Source: Bacteroidota bacterium
Lineage (GTDB): Bacteria; Bacteroidota; Bacteroidia; UKL13-3
NCBI GenBank assembly: GCA_947449515.1
Contig: CANFSD010000002.1
Coordinates: forward strand, 1 to 37,847
DNA: 37,847 bases
Direction: 5' to 3'
Both the position numbers and the translations under genes were made by a program. The notes under the pieces are model-generated. The model had not been told where the DNA came from and made no database searches. It was given only the letters and a program-made list of their open reading frames with translations. Below, piece after piece: positions 24,489-33,111 of this stretch (positions are counted from its first letter, which is position 1; every line of letters starts with the position of its first letter).

Positions 24489-25364
24489 ATGGAAAGTTTC
24501 GAAGATTTAAAATTTAAATTAAAGCAAGGAAACGCTATCGTTCAGATAGTGTTATTGAATTTAGCTGTCTTCTTGTTTTTTGCAATTTTGGGGGTTTTCT
24601 TTTTTTTATTCCAACAGCCCAATTTGCAAGCAAATCTCCTTAAATATTTGATGTTGCCTGCTGCATTTTCTAATTTCATTATGCAGCCTTGGAGTATCAT
24701 TAGCTACATGTTTTTACATGAGGGGTTTTTTCACCTCCTTTTTAATATGCTTTGGTTGTATTGGTTTGGTAGCTTGTTTCAGCAATATTTGGGAAATAGT
24801 AAAACCTATCAAGCGTATTTTTTAGGAGGAATTTTTGGCGGCATCGTATACATTTTGGCCTTTAATTTCTTCCCTGCATTCAGTAACCAAGTTCCTTTTT
24901 CTTATGCGCTTGGTGCTTCAGCAGGAGTGCTTTCTTTAGTTGTTGCAACTGCTACACTTTTGCCAGATTACCAAGTTTTCCTATTTATTTTTGGTGCAGT
25001 AAGGCTCAAATATATCGCCTTGGTTTCTGTTTTTCTTGACCTTATTAGCATACCCAATGGTAATGCAGGCGGGCATATTGCCCATTTAGGCGGCGCGGCT
25101 TTTGGTTTCTTTTTCATTAAATTAATATACAGCCAGAGCGCCTTAGCAACAGCTATTGATCAATTTTTTAATACCATTGCAGGTTGGTTCGAACCAAGTT
25201 CAAAAGTTAAAATAAAATATAAGAATACGGGCTTTAAAACCGAACCGAGTAATAAACCTAGTCAAATTGAAATTGATAGCATTTTAGATAAAATTGCTAA
25301 AAATGGTTACGAAAGTTTGAATAAAAAGGAAAAGGAAATATTGTTTAAAGCAAGTAAAGAATAA
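24489..25364 (+). CDS. Rhomboid-family intramembrane serine protease
   Basis: 291 aa, polytopic. It carries the HxxxN motif (FHLLFNMLWLYWFG), the catalytic GASAG serine motif (ALGASAGVLS) and the catalytic His in GGHIAHLGGAAFG. A soluble C-terminal tail follows. Confidence 0.85.
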   Translation: MESFEDLKFKLKQGNAIVQIVLLNLAVFLFFAILGVFFFLFQQPNLQANLLKYLMLPAAFSNFIMQPWSIISYMFLHEGFFHLLFNMLWLYWFGSLFQQYLGNSKTYQAYFLGGIFGGIVYILAFNFFPAFSNQVPFSYALGASAGVLSLVVATATLLPDYQVFLFIFGAVRLKYIALVSVFLDLISIPNGNAGGHIAHLGGAAFGFFFIKLIYSQSALATAIDQFFNTIAGWFEPSSKVKIKYKNTGFKTEPSNKPSQIEIDSILDKIAKNGYESLNKKEKEILFKASKE

Positions 25365-25370
25365 CGCATT

Positions 25371-26459
25371 GTGAAGTTGCATAAATTACCCTTTCTGATA
25401 GTTACTATTTCTATTGCCCTTTTGCTTATTTTAGGGAATATGGCTCCGTTTTTTTCACCCCAATTATTTTGGCCTTTGGCCTTTTTTGGTTTAGCCTTTC
25501 CTTTTGTATTTGTGCTTAATTTCTTCGTATTAGTTTTTTGGTTAATTAGAAAACACAAGAATGCTTACATAGCCCTTGCTGCATTTGTTTTCAGTATGTG
25601 GAATGTGCCATCATTTATCCAATTAAATAGCAAAGATGTTCCAGTAGTAGAAGCACATAAAAAATTAAATATCGTGAGTTTTAATACCCATTATATGGGT
25701 GCCTACGATTACAATGGTGGCGATTCAGGATTTTTCTTTAGAATGTTAGACACCTTGCAACCTGATATTATTTGCCTCCAAGAATTTGCCAATTTAGGCG
25801 GCAATTATGAGAAGCCAATGTTCAAACGTTTCTTTAAACAGTACAAAGATTTTTTCAATGTAAATGCCGATGCTATTAATAAAACATTTCCAACAGGCTA
25901 TGGGGTTTGTATTTTCTCCAAATACCCAATCGTAAATAAGGGTTACCTTGAACTAGAAAATCAAAACAGCAACTTAACTGTATTTGCAGATGTATTGGTT
26001 GGAAAAGACACCATAAGGGTAATCAATACCCATCTTAAATCTATTGTATTCGACAAGGAAGATTATAAAACCTATGCAGAATTGCAGGAGGCCGAAGACA
26101 GCCCCGAATCATATAAATTAAAACGTATTCTTTTCAAACTTAAATATGCTTTTCAATACCGATCTAAGCAAGCAGATAAAATACGCGAAAAGTTAAACAA
26201 GAGTCCTTACAAAGTAATCCTCTGTGGAGATTTCAATGATTCCCCAACCAGTTATGCCTACCATACTATTAGGGGCAATATGAAAGATGCCTTTAAAGAA
26301 TCTGGATACGGAATGAGCAGAACCTATATTGGTAAAATGCCTTCCTTTAGAATTGATTATATCCTCCATGATCCAAGTTGGGAAAGCTATCACTACAAAA
26401 CCAATACGCTAAATTTTAGCGACCATAAAATGATCAGTTGCACTGTCTTGTTGCCTTAA
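25371..26459 (+). CDS. Endonuclease/exonuclease/phosphatase (EEP) family membrane-anchored protein
   Basis: 362 aa with a GTG start 6 nt after the rhomboid stop. Two to three N-terminal TM helices precede the EEP motifs: IVSFNTHYM, ICLQEF, NTHLKS, LCGDFND, IDYIL and FSDHKMI. Confidence 0.8.
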   Translation: MKLHKLPFLIVTISIALLLILGNMAPFFSPQLFWPLAFFGLAFPFVFVLNFFVLVFWLIRKHKNAYIALAAFVFSMWNVPSFIQLNSKDVPVVEAHKKLNIVSFNTHYMGAYDYNGGDSGFFFRMLDTLQPDIICLQEFANLGGNYEKPMFKRFFKQYKDFFNVNADAINKTFPTGYGVCIFSKYPIVNKGYLELENQNSNLTVFADVLVGKDTIRVINTHLKSIVFDKEDYKTYAELQEAEDSPESYKLKRILFKLKYAFQYRSKQADKIREKLNKSPYKVILCGDFNDSPTSYAYHTIRGNMKDAFKESGYGMSRTYIGKMPSFRIDYILHDPSWESYHYKTNTLNFSDHKMISCTVLLP

Positions 26460-29360
26460 TTATCTTGCTGGAACAGGAGCCACTGCAGGAGCTGGCATCG
26501 GTGTAAATTTTCTAATATTATAGGTAAAAGTAAGCAGAAAATACCTGTTTAACACATTAGATCGGGTGTCTTCAATATAGGTTTCAGTTACGTTTCTGCT
26601 TATGCTGTTGTTTTGATTTAAGATATCAAAAACACTTGCTTTTACCTCGGCCATTCTATTCATAAATTTATAAGCAATAGCGGCATTCCACAGGAAGAAA
26701 TTGGAATTAAAACTGCTACCCAATCCTTTGTAATTGGTATAACTTATTTCAGAATTTAATACCAACGATTTGGTGGGCATAATATTCGCTTTTAAATTGC
26801 TGGTATTAATAAAGTAATTGCTACTTGGATTAATAAGTAAAGTGTTTTTAACCAAATTTATATTGGCATTATGACTCAAGGTAAAATCAATTTTCTCGCT
26901 GATATTACTTCCTAAAACCATTCCGCCGGTTACATTAAATGTGTTGGCATAGTTCAATTGCGTATTTACTTGCCCTGGAACTTTACTATAATTAACCCCC
27001 ACGTTAAGGTTCAAATTACTCTTTAATTTTTTTAATGGTAAGCCGTAGGTGGCAAAACTGCGTGCATTAATATTGCCATTTAAATTTACTGGCTGCGATA
27101 TTTGTGCCCCTCTTCCCAGTATTGCTCCATTGGGTAATACAGAGTCTCTGGTGGCTGTATAGGTGCTATTTGCAATATAGTCATTGGTAAAAGAGGCCAT
27201 AGCAAATATGAAAAAGGTTTGTGCATTGTGTGGGTTATTTATGCCATACCTCGTTACAAAATTATGCGAATATTCTTGCCTTAAATTGGGATTTCCTGAA
27301 GCCAGCAACAAAGGATTTGAATTGTCTATTACATTTTGCAATTGCGATACACTTGGGGTATTGGTGTTTGTTCTATAAACCAATCTCAAGGTTTTACTAT
27401 TTGTAAACTTATATTGGTAAGTTATGCTTGGCAAAATATTTTGAAAGCTTTTGTCAAACGCTCTATTTGTAGGATAAGTTTGGGCACTTTCCATCTTTAA
27501 AAATTGTTGTGTAACGCCTGCTGTTAAAGTGTATTTTTCTTTATTAATGTTTATACTCACATTCGCTTTATGTGTTGTTACAGTATTATCAAATGTATTG
27601 CTTAATAAAGAGTCAATCTTACTGTATTCATTATTGGTTGAATCATATCTATTGGTCATTTTATAAGCCTTATTTTGATTCAATGTAGGGTTATAACTCA
27701 ATTGCAATTGTATGGTTTTATTTAACTGTTCTGTATAGGTTAAATTAGTACCGTAGGTTACACCATTGGTTTCACTTTTACTTTGTTGTCTAATACTTTT
27801 TTTAACCAAATTATAACTGGTGTCAATATTAGAATTAGTTGAATATTGGTTAATCTCAGAAATTTTGTTGTTTAAATCATGACTTAAATTCAAACTTATT
27901 GTTCTTCCTAATTTTTCGAATTTATGACGGAGTAATAAATTGTTACTAATGGTATATCCATTATTTGTTAGTTGCTTGTTTGTTAATGTGGCGTTTAAAG
28001 TGGTATCGTTTAAAACATTACTTGCAAATTGGTCGCTGTTATTGGTATTGTTTTGAAAGCTAATTCTTGGTGTATAAATTACAGAATTAAATGAGTCAAA
28101 TGTGTGCTCTAACCTTAGATTAAACCTGTTATTGAAGTTTTGTGATTCACTAAGGGAACTATCTTGGTATAATTGACTTACCTCGGGGTTAATTAAATAG
28201 GTTCTATGGGTAATTTTATCCGATAAGGTTTTGCTATTATTAAAAAAGTAACTCCCACTTACCAGGGTTTTAGTACCCCATTTGTCTGAATAATTTAAGC
28301 CCAAAGAATTGGTTGTGCTAATACCTGTTTGCTGCCCCACAAAAAAATTACTCATATCACCCATTCCGCCAGAGCCTCCGCCTCCCATCATATAGCCTCT
28401 GCTACCTCCGCCACCACCTCCCATTGGCATTCGCGGAGCAGAAGCACTTCCTCCAAATAAATCTTGCATCGAAAAATTCTGCTGGTTAATGTTGTTAGAC
28501 ATGCCCAATAAGGTAATGCGTTGGTCGCCTTTAAATGAATTATAATTTAAACCAGCTAAGTATCTTTCATTGGTACCATATGCCGCATATACTTTTCCAA
28601 ATTTGCCGTTGTTTCTGCCAGATTTGGTAGTAATGTTCATTGTCTTGTCGGTATTTCCATCATTAAATCCAGTGAACTGTGCTTGGTCGCCTAAACGGTT
28701 AAAAATTTGAACCCTGTCAACTACTTCTGCAGGCAAATTTTTAAGGGCCATTTGTGCATCGTCGCCAAAAAATTCTTTGCCATCCACCAATACCTTTTTT
28801 ACATCTTCACCTTGTGCTTTAACAGTTCCATTTTCTATAGTTATGCCAGGCATTTTTTTAATTAAATCTTCTGCAGTTGCATCTGGATTTACCTTGTAAG
28901 CGCCTGCATTAATACTTGTTGTATCGCCTTTTTGCTCAATCCTAATTTGTGTACTTTCAATTTTGGCTTCCCCTAATTTTTGATCACTGTTTTCTAAAAA
29001 TATAGCACCCAAATATTTGTCTGTTCCAACTATTACTTTCTGGGTTTTGGTTTTAAGGCCAATAAAGCTGATACTCAAATCATAGGTATCAGGTTTTAAA
29101 TTTTCTAATTCAAAAATCCCCTTTTCATTACTTGTGGTTCCTGTAATTGTTTTTTGGTGTTTTTTAATTACAACACTTGCGCCTATTACAGCTTGCAAGC
29201 TTTCCTTTTCAAACAACTTACCAGACAGCTTATAGGTTTGCGCTTCCGAAAAAACTGGACCCAACAACAAAATGCTCAATAAGAGAAGGTAGAATGTACT
29301 TTTGGTTTTCAAAATTTCACAGGAATTATCCAGCAATATTGCATTTTGTTTGGATAGCAA
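26460..29360 (-). CDS. Outer-membrane beta-barrel / TonB-dependent-receptor-like protein with N-terminal CarboxypepD_reg-like domain
   Basis: 966 aa as listed in the ORF track. The 29360 start is a TTG. An in-frame TTG at 29312 would give (M)KTKSTFYLLLLSILLLGPVFSEAQ, a cleaner signal peptide, so the true start is uncertain. Domain order: YKLSGKL..VVIKK...FELENLKPDTYDLSISFIGL (CarboxypepD_reg-like), a plug-like region (MPGITIENGTVKAQGEDV), a Gly/Met-rich insert, and a long Asn/Ser/Thr/Tyr-rich barrel. The barrel's terminal strand is LLTFTYNIRKF, followed by a short Pro/Ala-rich tail (TPMPAPAVAPVPAR). Confidence 0.8.
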   Translation of the reverse strand: MLSKQNAILLDNSCEILKTKSTFYLLLLSILLLGPVFSEAQTYKLSGKLFEKESLQAVIGASVVIKKHQKTITGTTSNEKGIFELENLKPDTYDLSISFIGLKTKTQKVIVGTDKYLGAIFLENSDQKLGEAKIESTQIRIEQKGDTTSINAGAYKVNPDATAEDLIKKMPGITIENGTVKAQGEDVKKVLVDGKEFFGDDAQMALKNLPAEVVDRVQIFNRLGDQAQFTGFNDGNTDKTMNITTKSGRNNGKFGKVYAAYGTNERYLAGLNYNSFKGDQRITLLGMSNNINQQNFSMQDLFGGSASAPRMPMGGGGGGSRGYMMGGGGSGGMGDMSNFFVGQQTGISTTNSLGLNYSDKWGTKTLVSGSYFFNNSKTLSDKITHRTYLINPEVSQLYQDSSLSESQNFNNRFNLRLEHTFDSFNSVIYTPRISFQNNTNNSDQFASNVLNDTTLNATLTNKQLTNNGYTISNNLLLRHKFEKLGRTISLNLSHDLNNKISEINQYSTNSNIDTSYNLVKKSIRQQSKSETNGVTYGTNLTYTEQLNKTIQLQLSYNPTLNQNKAYKMTNRYDSTNNEYSKIDSLLSNTFDNTVTTHKANVSININKEKYTLTAGVTQQFLKMESAQTYPTNRAFDKSFQNILPSITYQYKFTNSKTLRLVYRTNTNTPSVSQLQNVIDNSNPLLLASGNPNLRQEYSHNFVTRYGINNPHNAQTFFIFAMASFTNDYIANSTYTATRDSVLPNGAILGRGAQISQPVNLNGNINARSFATYGLPLKKLKSNLNLNVGVNYSKVPGQVNTQLNYANTFNVTGGMVLGSNISEKIDFTLSHNANINLVKNTLLINPSSNYFINTSNLKANIMPTKSLVLNSEISYTNYKGLGSSFNSNFFLWNAAIAYKFMNRMAEVKASVFDILNQNNSISRNVTETYIEDTRSNVLNRYFLLTFTYNIRKFTPMPAPAVAPVPAR

Positions 29361-29385
29361 AAAAATAAAATGGTTTAAGCGCCAT

Positions 29386-29393
29386 TATTTTTG
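29386..29393 (+). promoter_or_regulatory. Candidate Bacteroidota sigma-A -7 box (TATTTTTG) for the riboswitch-led transcript
   Basis: It matches TAnnTTTG and ends about 60 nt upstream of the TPP aptamer. This is a motif match only. Confidence 0.3.
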
Positions 29394-29453
29394 GCAATTT
29401 TTAACAGTTTTGCTTCATTTTGTTTAATCAATTTCTTTTTTACCTTTGTCTTG

Positions 29454-29539
29454 TCTTTAGGGGTGCCTAACCAATTTTTGGTAAAGCTGAGATCAAACCC
29501 TCGGAACCTGAACAGGATAATGCCTGCGAAGGAAAAAGA
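29454..29539 (+). promoter_or_regulatory. TPP (thiamine pyrophosphate, THI-box) riboswitch aptamer
   Basis: The sequence is tctttaGGGGTGCctaaccaatttttggtaaaGCTGAGAtcaaACCCtcgGAACCTGAaCAGGATAATGCCTGCGaAGGAAaaaga. It contains the conserved GGGGUGC, CUGAGA, ACCC, GAACCUGA, GGAUAAUGCC and GCG-A-AGGAA blocks in the canonical order. P1 is formed by tcttt/aaaga. It lies in the 5' leader of a TonB-dependent receptor gene. Confidence 0.9.
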
Positions 29540-29603
29540 AACAGCAATTCCTATTTTGGAGTGTTGCCATTTTTGGGTTATACCTTTCCGGGTATTTTAT
29601 CAC

Positions 29604-29635
29604 CGACAAGCCGCCTCTGCTTGTCGTTTTTATTT
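29604..29635 (+). terminator. Intrinsic terminator, expression platform of the TPP riboswitch
   Basis: Perfect 8-bp stem cgacaagc / gcttgtcg with a 7-nt loop, followed by tttttattt. It ends 16 nt before the ATG at 29651. Confidence 0.75.
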
Positions 29636-29650
29636 AATTAAACTCAAAAT

Positions 29651-31858
29651 ATGAGAAAACTTGGAATCTCCTTGTTGTTTTGCCTGGCAATGGTATCAGG
29701 CTTAAATGCTCAAACAGACTCACTAAAAACTACTAAGCAATTGCAAGAGTTTTTGGTGGCAGGTATTCGCGCAAGCGAAAAACAACCCATTCCTTTATGT
29801 ATACTTAACCGAAATCAAATTGATAAGCTGTATTATGGGGCAGATATTCCAACACTTTTGCAGTCAACTCCTTCATTAAATGCTTATAGTGATAATGGAA
29901 CAGGCATTGGTTACAGTTATTTCCGATTGCGAGGTATGGATCAAACCAGAATTAATACCACCATTAATGGCATTCCTGTTAATGATCCAGAGAACCAAGG
30001 AGTATATTTTAATAATTTCGCAGATTTGGCAAGCAGTGCAGAAGATATTCAAGTGCAGCGAGGTATTGGCACATCAAGCAATGGTAGCGCGGCTTTTGGT
30101 GGCAGTGTGGCTATTCAAACGAGGTCATTAAGTCAAACAGCCACGAGTGGGTTAAATATGGGTTTTGGTTCTTTCGGTTCGAGCCGACTGAGTGCCGAGT
30201 TACAAACCGGTTTATTGGAAAACCATTTTATGGTTTATGCGCGTTTGGGTCAGGTAAAAACAAATGGTTATAGAAATAATTCTGGTGCGCAGGTTCAATC
30301 CTATCAGTTTAGTTTAGGTTACCAGAACAAGAAGTCTTTTTTGAAGTTTAACTTTTTGGGAGGTAATGCAGCAAGTCAATTGGCCTATGTTGGTTTAGAT
30401 AAAGCTACGTTTGAGGCTTCACCTCAAACCAATCCTTTTGTCAATGGCGAGTCCGACGCCTTTAAGCAGTATTTCAATCAAATACAATACACCTATCAGC
30501 TAAGGCCAAACCAAAGCATTAACCTTTCCTTGTACTTGGTAAAAAGTCAAGCACCTAAATTTCAATACCTTTTCCAAGGAGGTGTTGGTTTTGATTATTT
30601 TAATATGTTGGGTTCTCCATTTATTATAAATAATGGCGATACTACATTACCCAGTTCTTTCATGAGTTCCTACAGATTGGATCAAACCTTCGTGGGTGGA
30701 TTTGCCACCTATAATGCGCGTTTTGGCAAATTGGATATCAATGCGGGTTTGCATTTGAATCAGTTTAAAAGTGATCATTTTATGGAGGTTAATTGGGCCG
30801 ATGTATTGCCTGCTGGTATTGGCCCCAATCACCAAGTTTATTTTAATACGGGTTTAAAAAGGGAACAAAGTGCTTTTTTGAAACTAAATTATGATTTGAG
30901 CAGTAAGCTTTCTCTGTTTACAGATATTCAATTGCGCAGCACCAACTTCACTTATACAGAAAAGACCATGGAATTTAGACCAAGTTATGGCACGGTTGAA
31001 CCTATGAATTGGCTTTTTGTTAACCCGCGTTTAGGCCTCAAATATTTATTAAATAATAGACATTCTGTATATGCCATGGCGGGTATGAGTAGCCGCGAAC
31101 CTACCCGTTTCGATTATTTTCAAGATGATTATGCCACGCATGAAATTAAACAAAATGAAATCAAACCAGAGCAGTTGCTTGACATAGAGATGGGATATGC
31201 CTACCACAGCGCTGCCTTGAATGTAAAAATAAACCTGTTTGCAATGGAGTTCCAAAATCAAATTGTTGCAACAGGTGCGCTCAATAATTTTGGCTATCCT
31301 ATTACAGGAAATATTGGTAGAAGCTCCCGCAGAGGAATTGAAATGGAACTACAAGGAAAATTAAATAGTCATTTGGGTTTTGCCATTAATTCTGCCTTAA
31401 GTAACAATACAGTTGCCCATTTAAGCCAAACATTTTATGATGCTGGCTTTAATCCTATTGAGGTGAAAGAATTTAACAATTCCTCTTTGGCTTTGAGTCC
31501 AAGATCAATCCAACAAATTACCATTCAAAGTTTATGGTTTAAAGAGTTGGTAGCTTTTGACCTCATGGGTAGGTTTGTAAGCATGCAATACTTAGACAAT
31601 ACAGCCTTTAAAGGCTTGTCGTTGCCAGCATTTCATTATTTAGATGCAATGCTTACAATTAACCTTAAAAAATATTTTAATAGCAGTTCTCCATGCATAA
31701 GTTTTAGAGCCAATAACATATTGAATCAAGCCTATGCCAGTTCAGGAAGTGTTAGTGGTTATAGTGCTTTGGATGCTAGTGGGCAAAGAACACAGACTAG
31801 TTTGTATTTTCCTGCTGCAACAAGAAATTTCTTTCTAACATTAAGCCTTAAATTTTAA
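29651..31858 (+). CDS. TonB-dependent outer-membrane receptor (TPP-riboswitch controlled; probable thiamine or thiamine-precursor uptake)
   Basis: 735 aa with signal peptide MRKLGISLLFCLAMVSGLNAQ. The plug region carries RGMDQTRINTTINGIPVNDPENQGVYFNNF and IQVQRGIGTSSNGSAAFGGSVAI. A long beta-barrel follows, ending in NFFLTLSLKF with an aromatic terminal residue. Confidence 0.9.
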   Translation: MRKLGISLLFCLAMVSGLNAQTDSLKTTKQLQEFLVAGIRASEKQPIPLCILNRNQIDKLYYGADIPTLLQSTPSLNAYSDNGTGIGYSYFRLRGMDQTRINTTINGIPVNDPENQGVYFNNFADLASSAEDIQVQRGIGTSSNGSAAFGGSVAIQTRSLSQTATSGLNMGFGSFGSSRLSAELQTGLLENHFMVYARLGQVKTNGYRNNSGAQVQSYQFSLGYQNKKSFLKFNFLGGNAASQLAYVGLDKATFEASPQTNPFVNGESDAFKQYFNQIQYTYQLRPNQSINLSLYLVKSQAPKFQYLFQGGVGFDYFNMLGSPFIINNGDTTLPSSFMSSYRLDQTFVGGFATYNARFGKLDINAGLHLNQFKSDHFMEVNWADVLPAGIGPNHQVYFNTGLKREQSAFLKLNYDLSSKLSLFTDIQLRSTNFTYTEKTMEFRPSYGTVEPMNWLFVNPRLGLKYLLNNRHSVYAMAGMSSREPTRFDYFQDDYATHEIKQNEIKPEQLLDIEMGYAYHSAALNVKINLFAMEFQNQIVATGALNNFGYPITGNIGRSSRRGIEMELQGKLNSHLGFAINSALSNNTVAHLSQTFYDAGFNPIEVKEFNNSSLALSPRSIQQITIQSLWFKELVAFDLMGRFVSMQYLDNTAFKGLSLPAFHYLDAMLTINLKKYFNSSSPCISFRANNILNQAYASSGSVSGYSALDASGQRTQTSLYFPAATRNFFLTLSLKF

Positions 31859-31867
31859 AATAGGTGC

Positions 31868-32440
31868 TTAATGCAAGAGGGCTAGTTTTAAACTCTTAAG
31901 TGGGTTACTTGCCCCATCAATATTGGTAAGGATTTCTTCTGCTTTATAGCGTTGTGGTGCATTGGCGCTAACAAGTTGAAACAATTTGTCAACGGCTTCT
32001 TTTTCTTGTCCCGCCTTCAAATAGGCCAATGATAAATACCATTTGCTCATTTGAATCATTTTGTATTTCTTAAACAAACTCTCTGCCTCGCTAAGGTGAA
32101 TAACAGCTAAGTTAGCGAATCCCGATTTGAGGTAACAAATGCCAAGGTAAAGATTGTAATTGGCCTCTTCCGTTTCATTGGGCTCCATGCGCTGAAAGGT
32201 TTCAATGGCTTGTGAATACTCGCCTTGATCGTACAAACGCATAGCCCTAGCCGCATTGCTCAATGTGTCTGTGTAACCAGTGTCGCTGGTCCAGTAATTC
32301 ATGCAAGGCTCTAAATGTGTTTCGGAAATATTGTACAAAGTAATCTCAGGAGATTTTAGCCTTTCTGATATGAACCAACTAGCCAAAAAGGCCAGCAGCA
32401 CATAAGCACATAAGTTTAAAAAGCTGAGTAATGTTTTCAT
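31868..32440 (-). CDS. Membrane-anchored TPR-repeat protein
   Basis: 190 aa. The N-terminal hydrophobic anchor is LLSFLNLCAYVLLAFLASWFI. TPR-like helices follow (AARAMRLYDQGEYSQAIETFQRM, YNLYLGICYLKSGFANLAVIHLSEA, WYLSLAYLKAGQEKEAVDKLFQL). Confidence 0.7.
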   Translation of the reverse strand: MKTLLSFLNLCAYVLLAFLASWFISERLKSPEITLYNISETHLEPCMNYWTSDTGYTDTLSNAARAMRLYDQGEYSQAIETFQRMEPNETEEANYNLYLGICYLKSGFANLAVIHLSEAESLFKKYKMIQMSKWYLSLAYLKAGQEKEAVDKLFQLVSANAPQRYKAEEILTNIDGASNPLKSLKLALLH

Positions 32441-33103
32441 TAATAGGCAGCTAAGGTACTAAAACCAATACTTTTCAATAGGTAAATTACATCAGCGTAC
32501 GAATATCTGTGTCGAAATGCAATATTTCTCTCTTTTTGAGAATTATTTCCCTTTTTTGGATGTCTGTGCGACATTGGCACATAAAATCGCCTAAAATCGC
32601 AGCTTATATTGAAAAAACAACTACTTATATCAACTTTTGTAAGTTTCCTGTTTTTGGACAAGCATTTTTTCTAGCCTTAAGAAATTAAGCTGTTTGGGGC
32701 CTCTTATTCTTCAATTGTTTCATTAAGAGAAAATGTCGCATTTTATAAAATATTGTAAACCATATTGATAGGCCATATACAACTTCTTGCACTCCCCAGT
32801 TATACACACTTATAAATTTATTTGTAGTTTTCCCCACAAATTAGCTTAATATTTACTTGTAAAACATTGAAAATTAATAGATTGAAATTATTCTATTAAA
32901 TTGGACGCCTTTATCCTTGCTTGTTGGCAATTTTTAGCGTTTGGTTTCTCAAGGTCTCTATTATCATTAATATATAGTCAAGTGCGACATTTTATAATGT
33001 GAAGGATTTTCGCCTAATTGTCTGTTTGCCAGATTTTTTGCCCTAAAAAGCAAAAATGTTGAGAATAAATTAAAAACAGATTTCGGAAATCCCTTTTTCA
33101 AAC

Positions 33104-33111
33104 TAAATTTG
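33104..33111 (+). promoter_or_regulatory. Candidate Bacteroidota sigma-A -7 box (TAAATTTG) for carB
   Basis: It matches TAnnTTTG and ends 63 nt upstream of the carB ATG. This is a motif match only. Confidence 0.3.

Noticed and set aside
25307-25558. 83-aa minus-strand ORF spanning the rhomboid/EEP junction
   Set aside because: It overlaps two well-supported plus-strand genes and is a Lys/Asn-rich antisense translation of AT-rich sequence.
28353-28430. GC-rich simple-sequence patch (ccgcc/ctcc runs)
   Set aside because: It is in frame and encodes a Gly/Met-rich loop of the outer-membrane barrel. It is not a separate genetic element or regulatory repeat.
29391-29654. 87-aa plus-strand ORF upstream of the TonB-dependent receptor
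   Set aside because: A canonical TPP riboswitch aptamer and its terminator hairpin fully occupy the ORF. It is an open frame through non-coding leader RNA.
32730-32993. MITE or mobile-element interpretation of the 11-bp inverted repeat pair
   Set aside because: The inverted repeat does not extend beyond 11 nt. I see no flanking direct target-site duplication, no transposase and no further copies in the window. I reported it as a motif or operator candidate instead.
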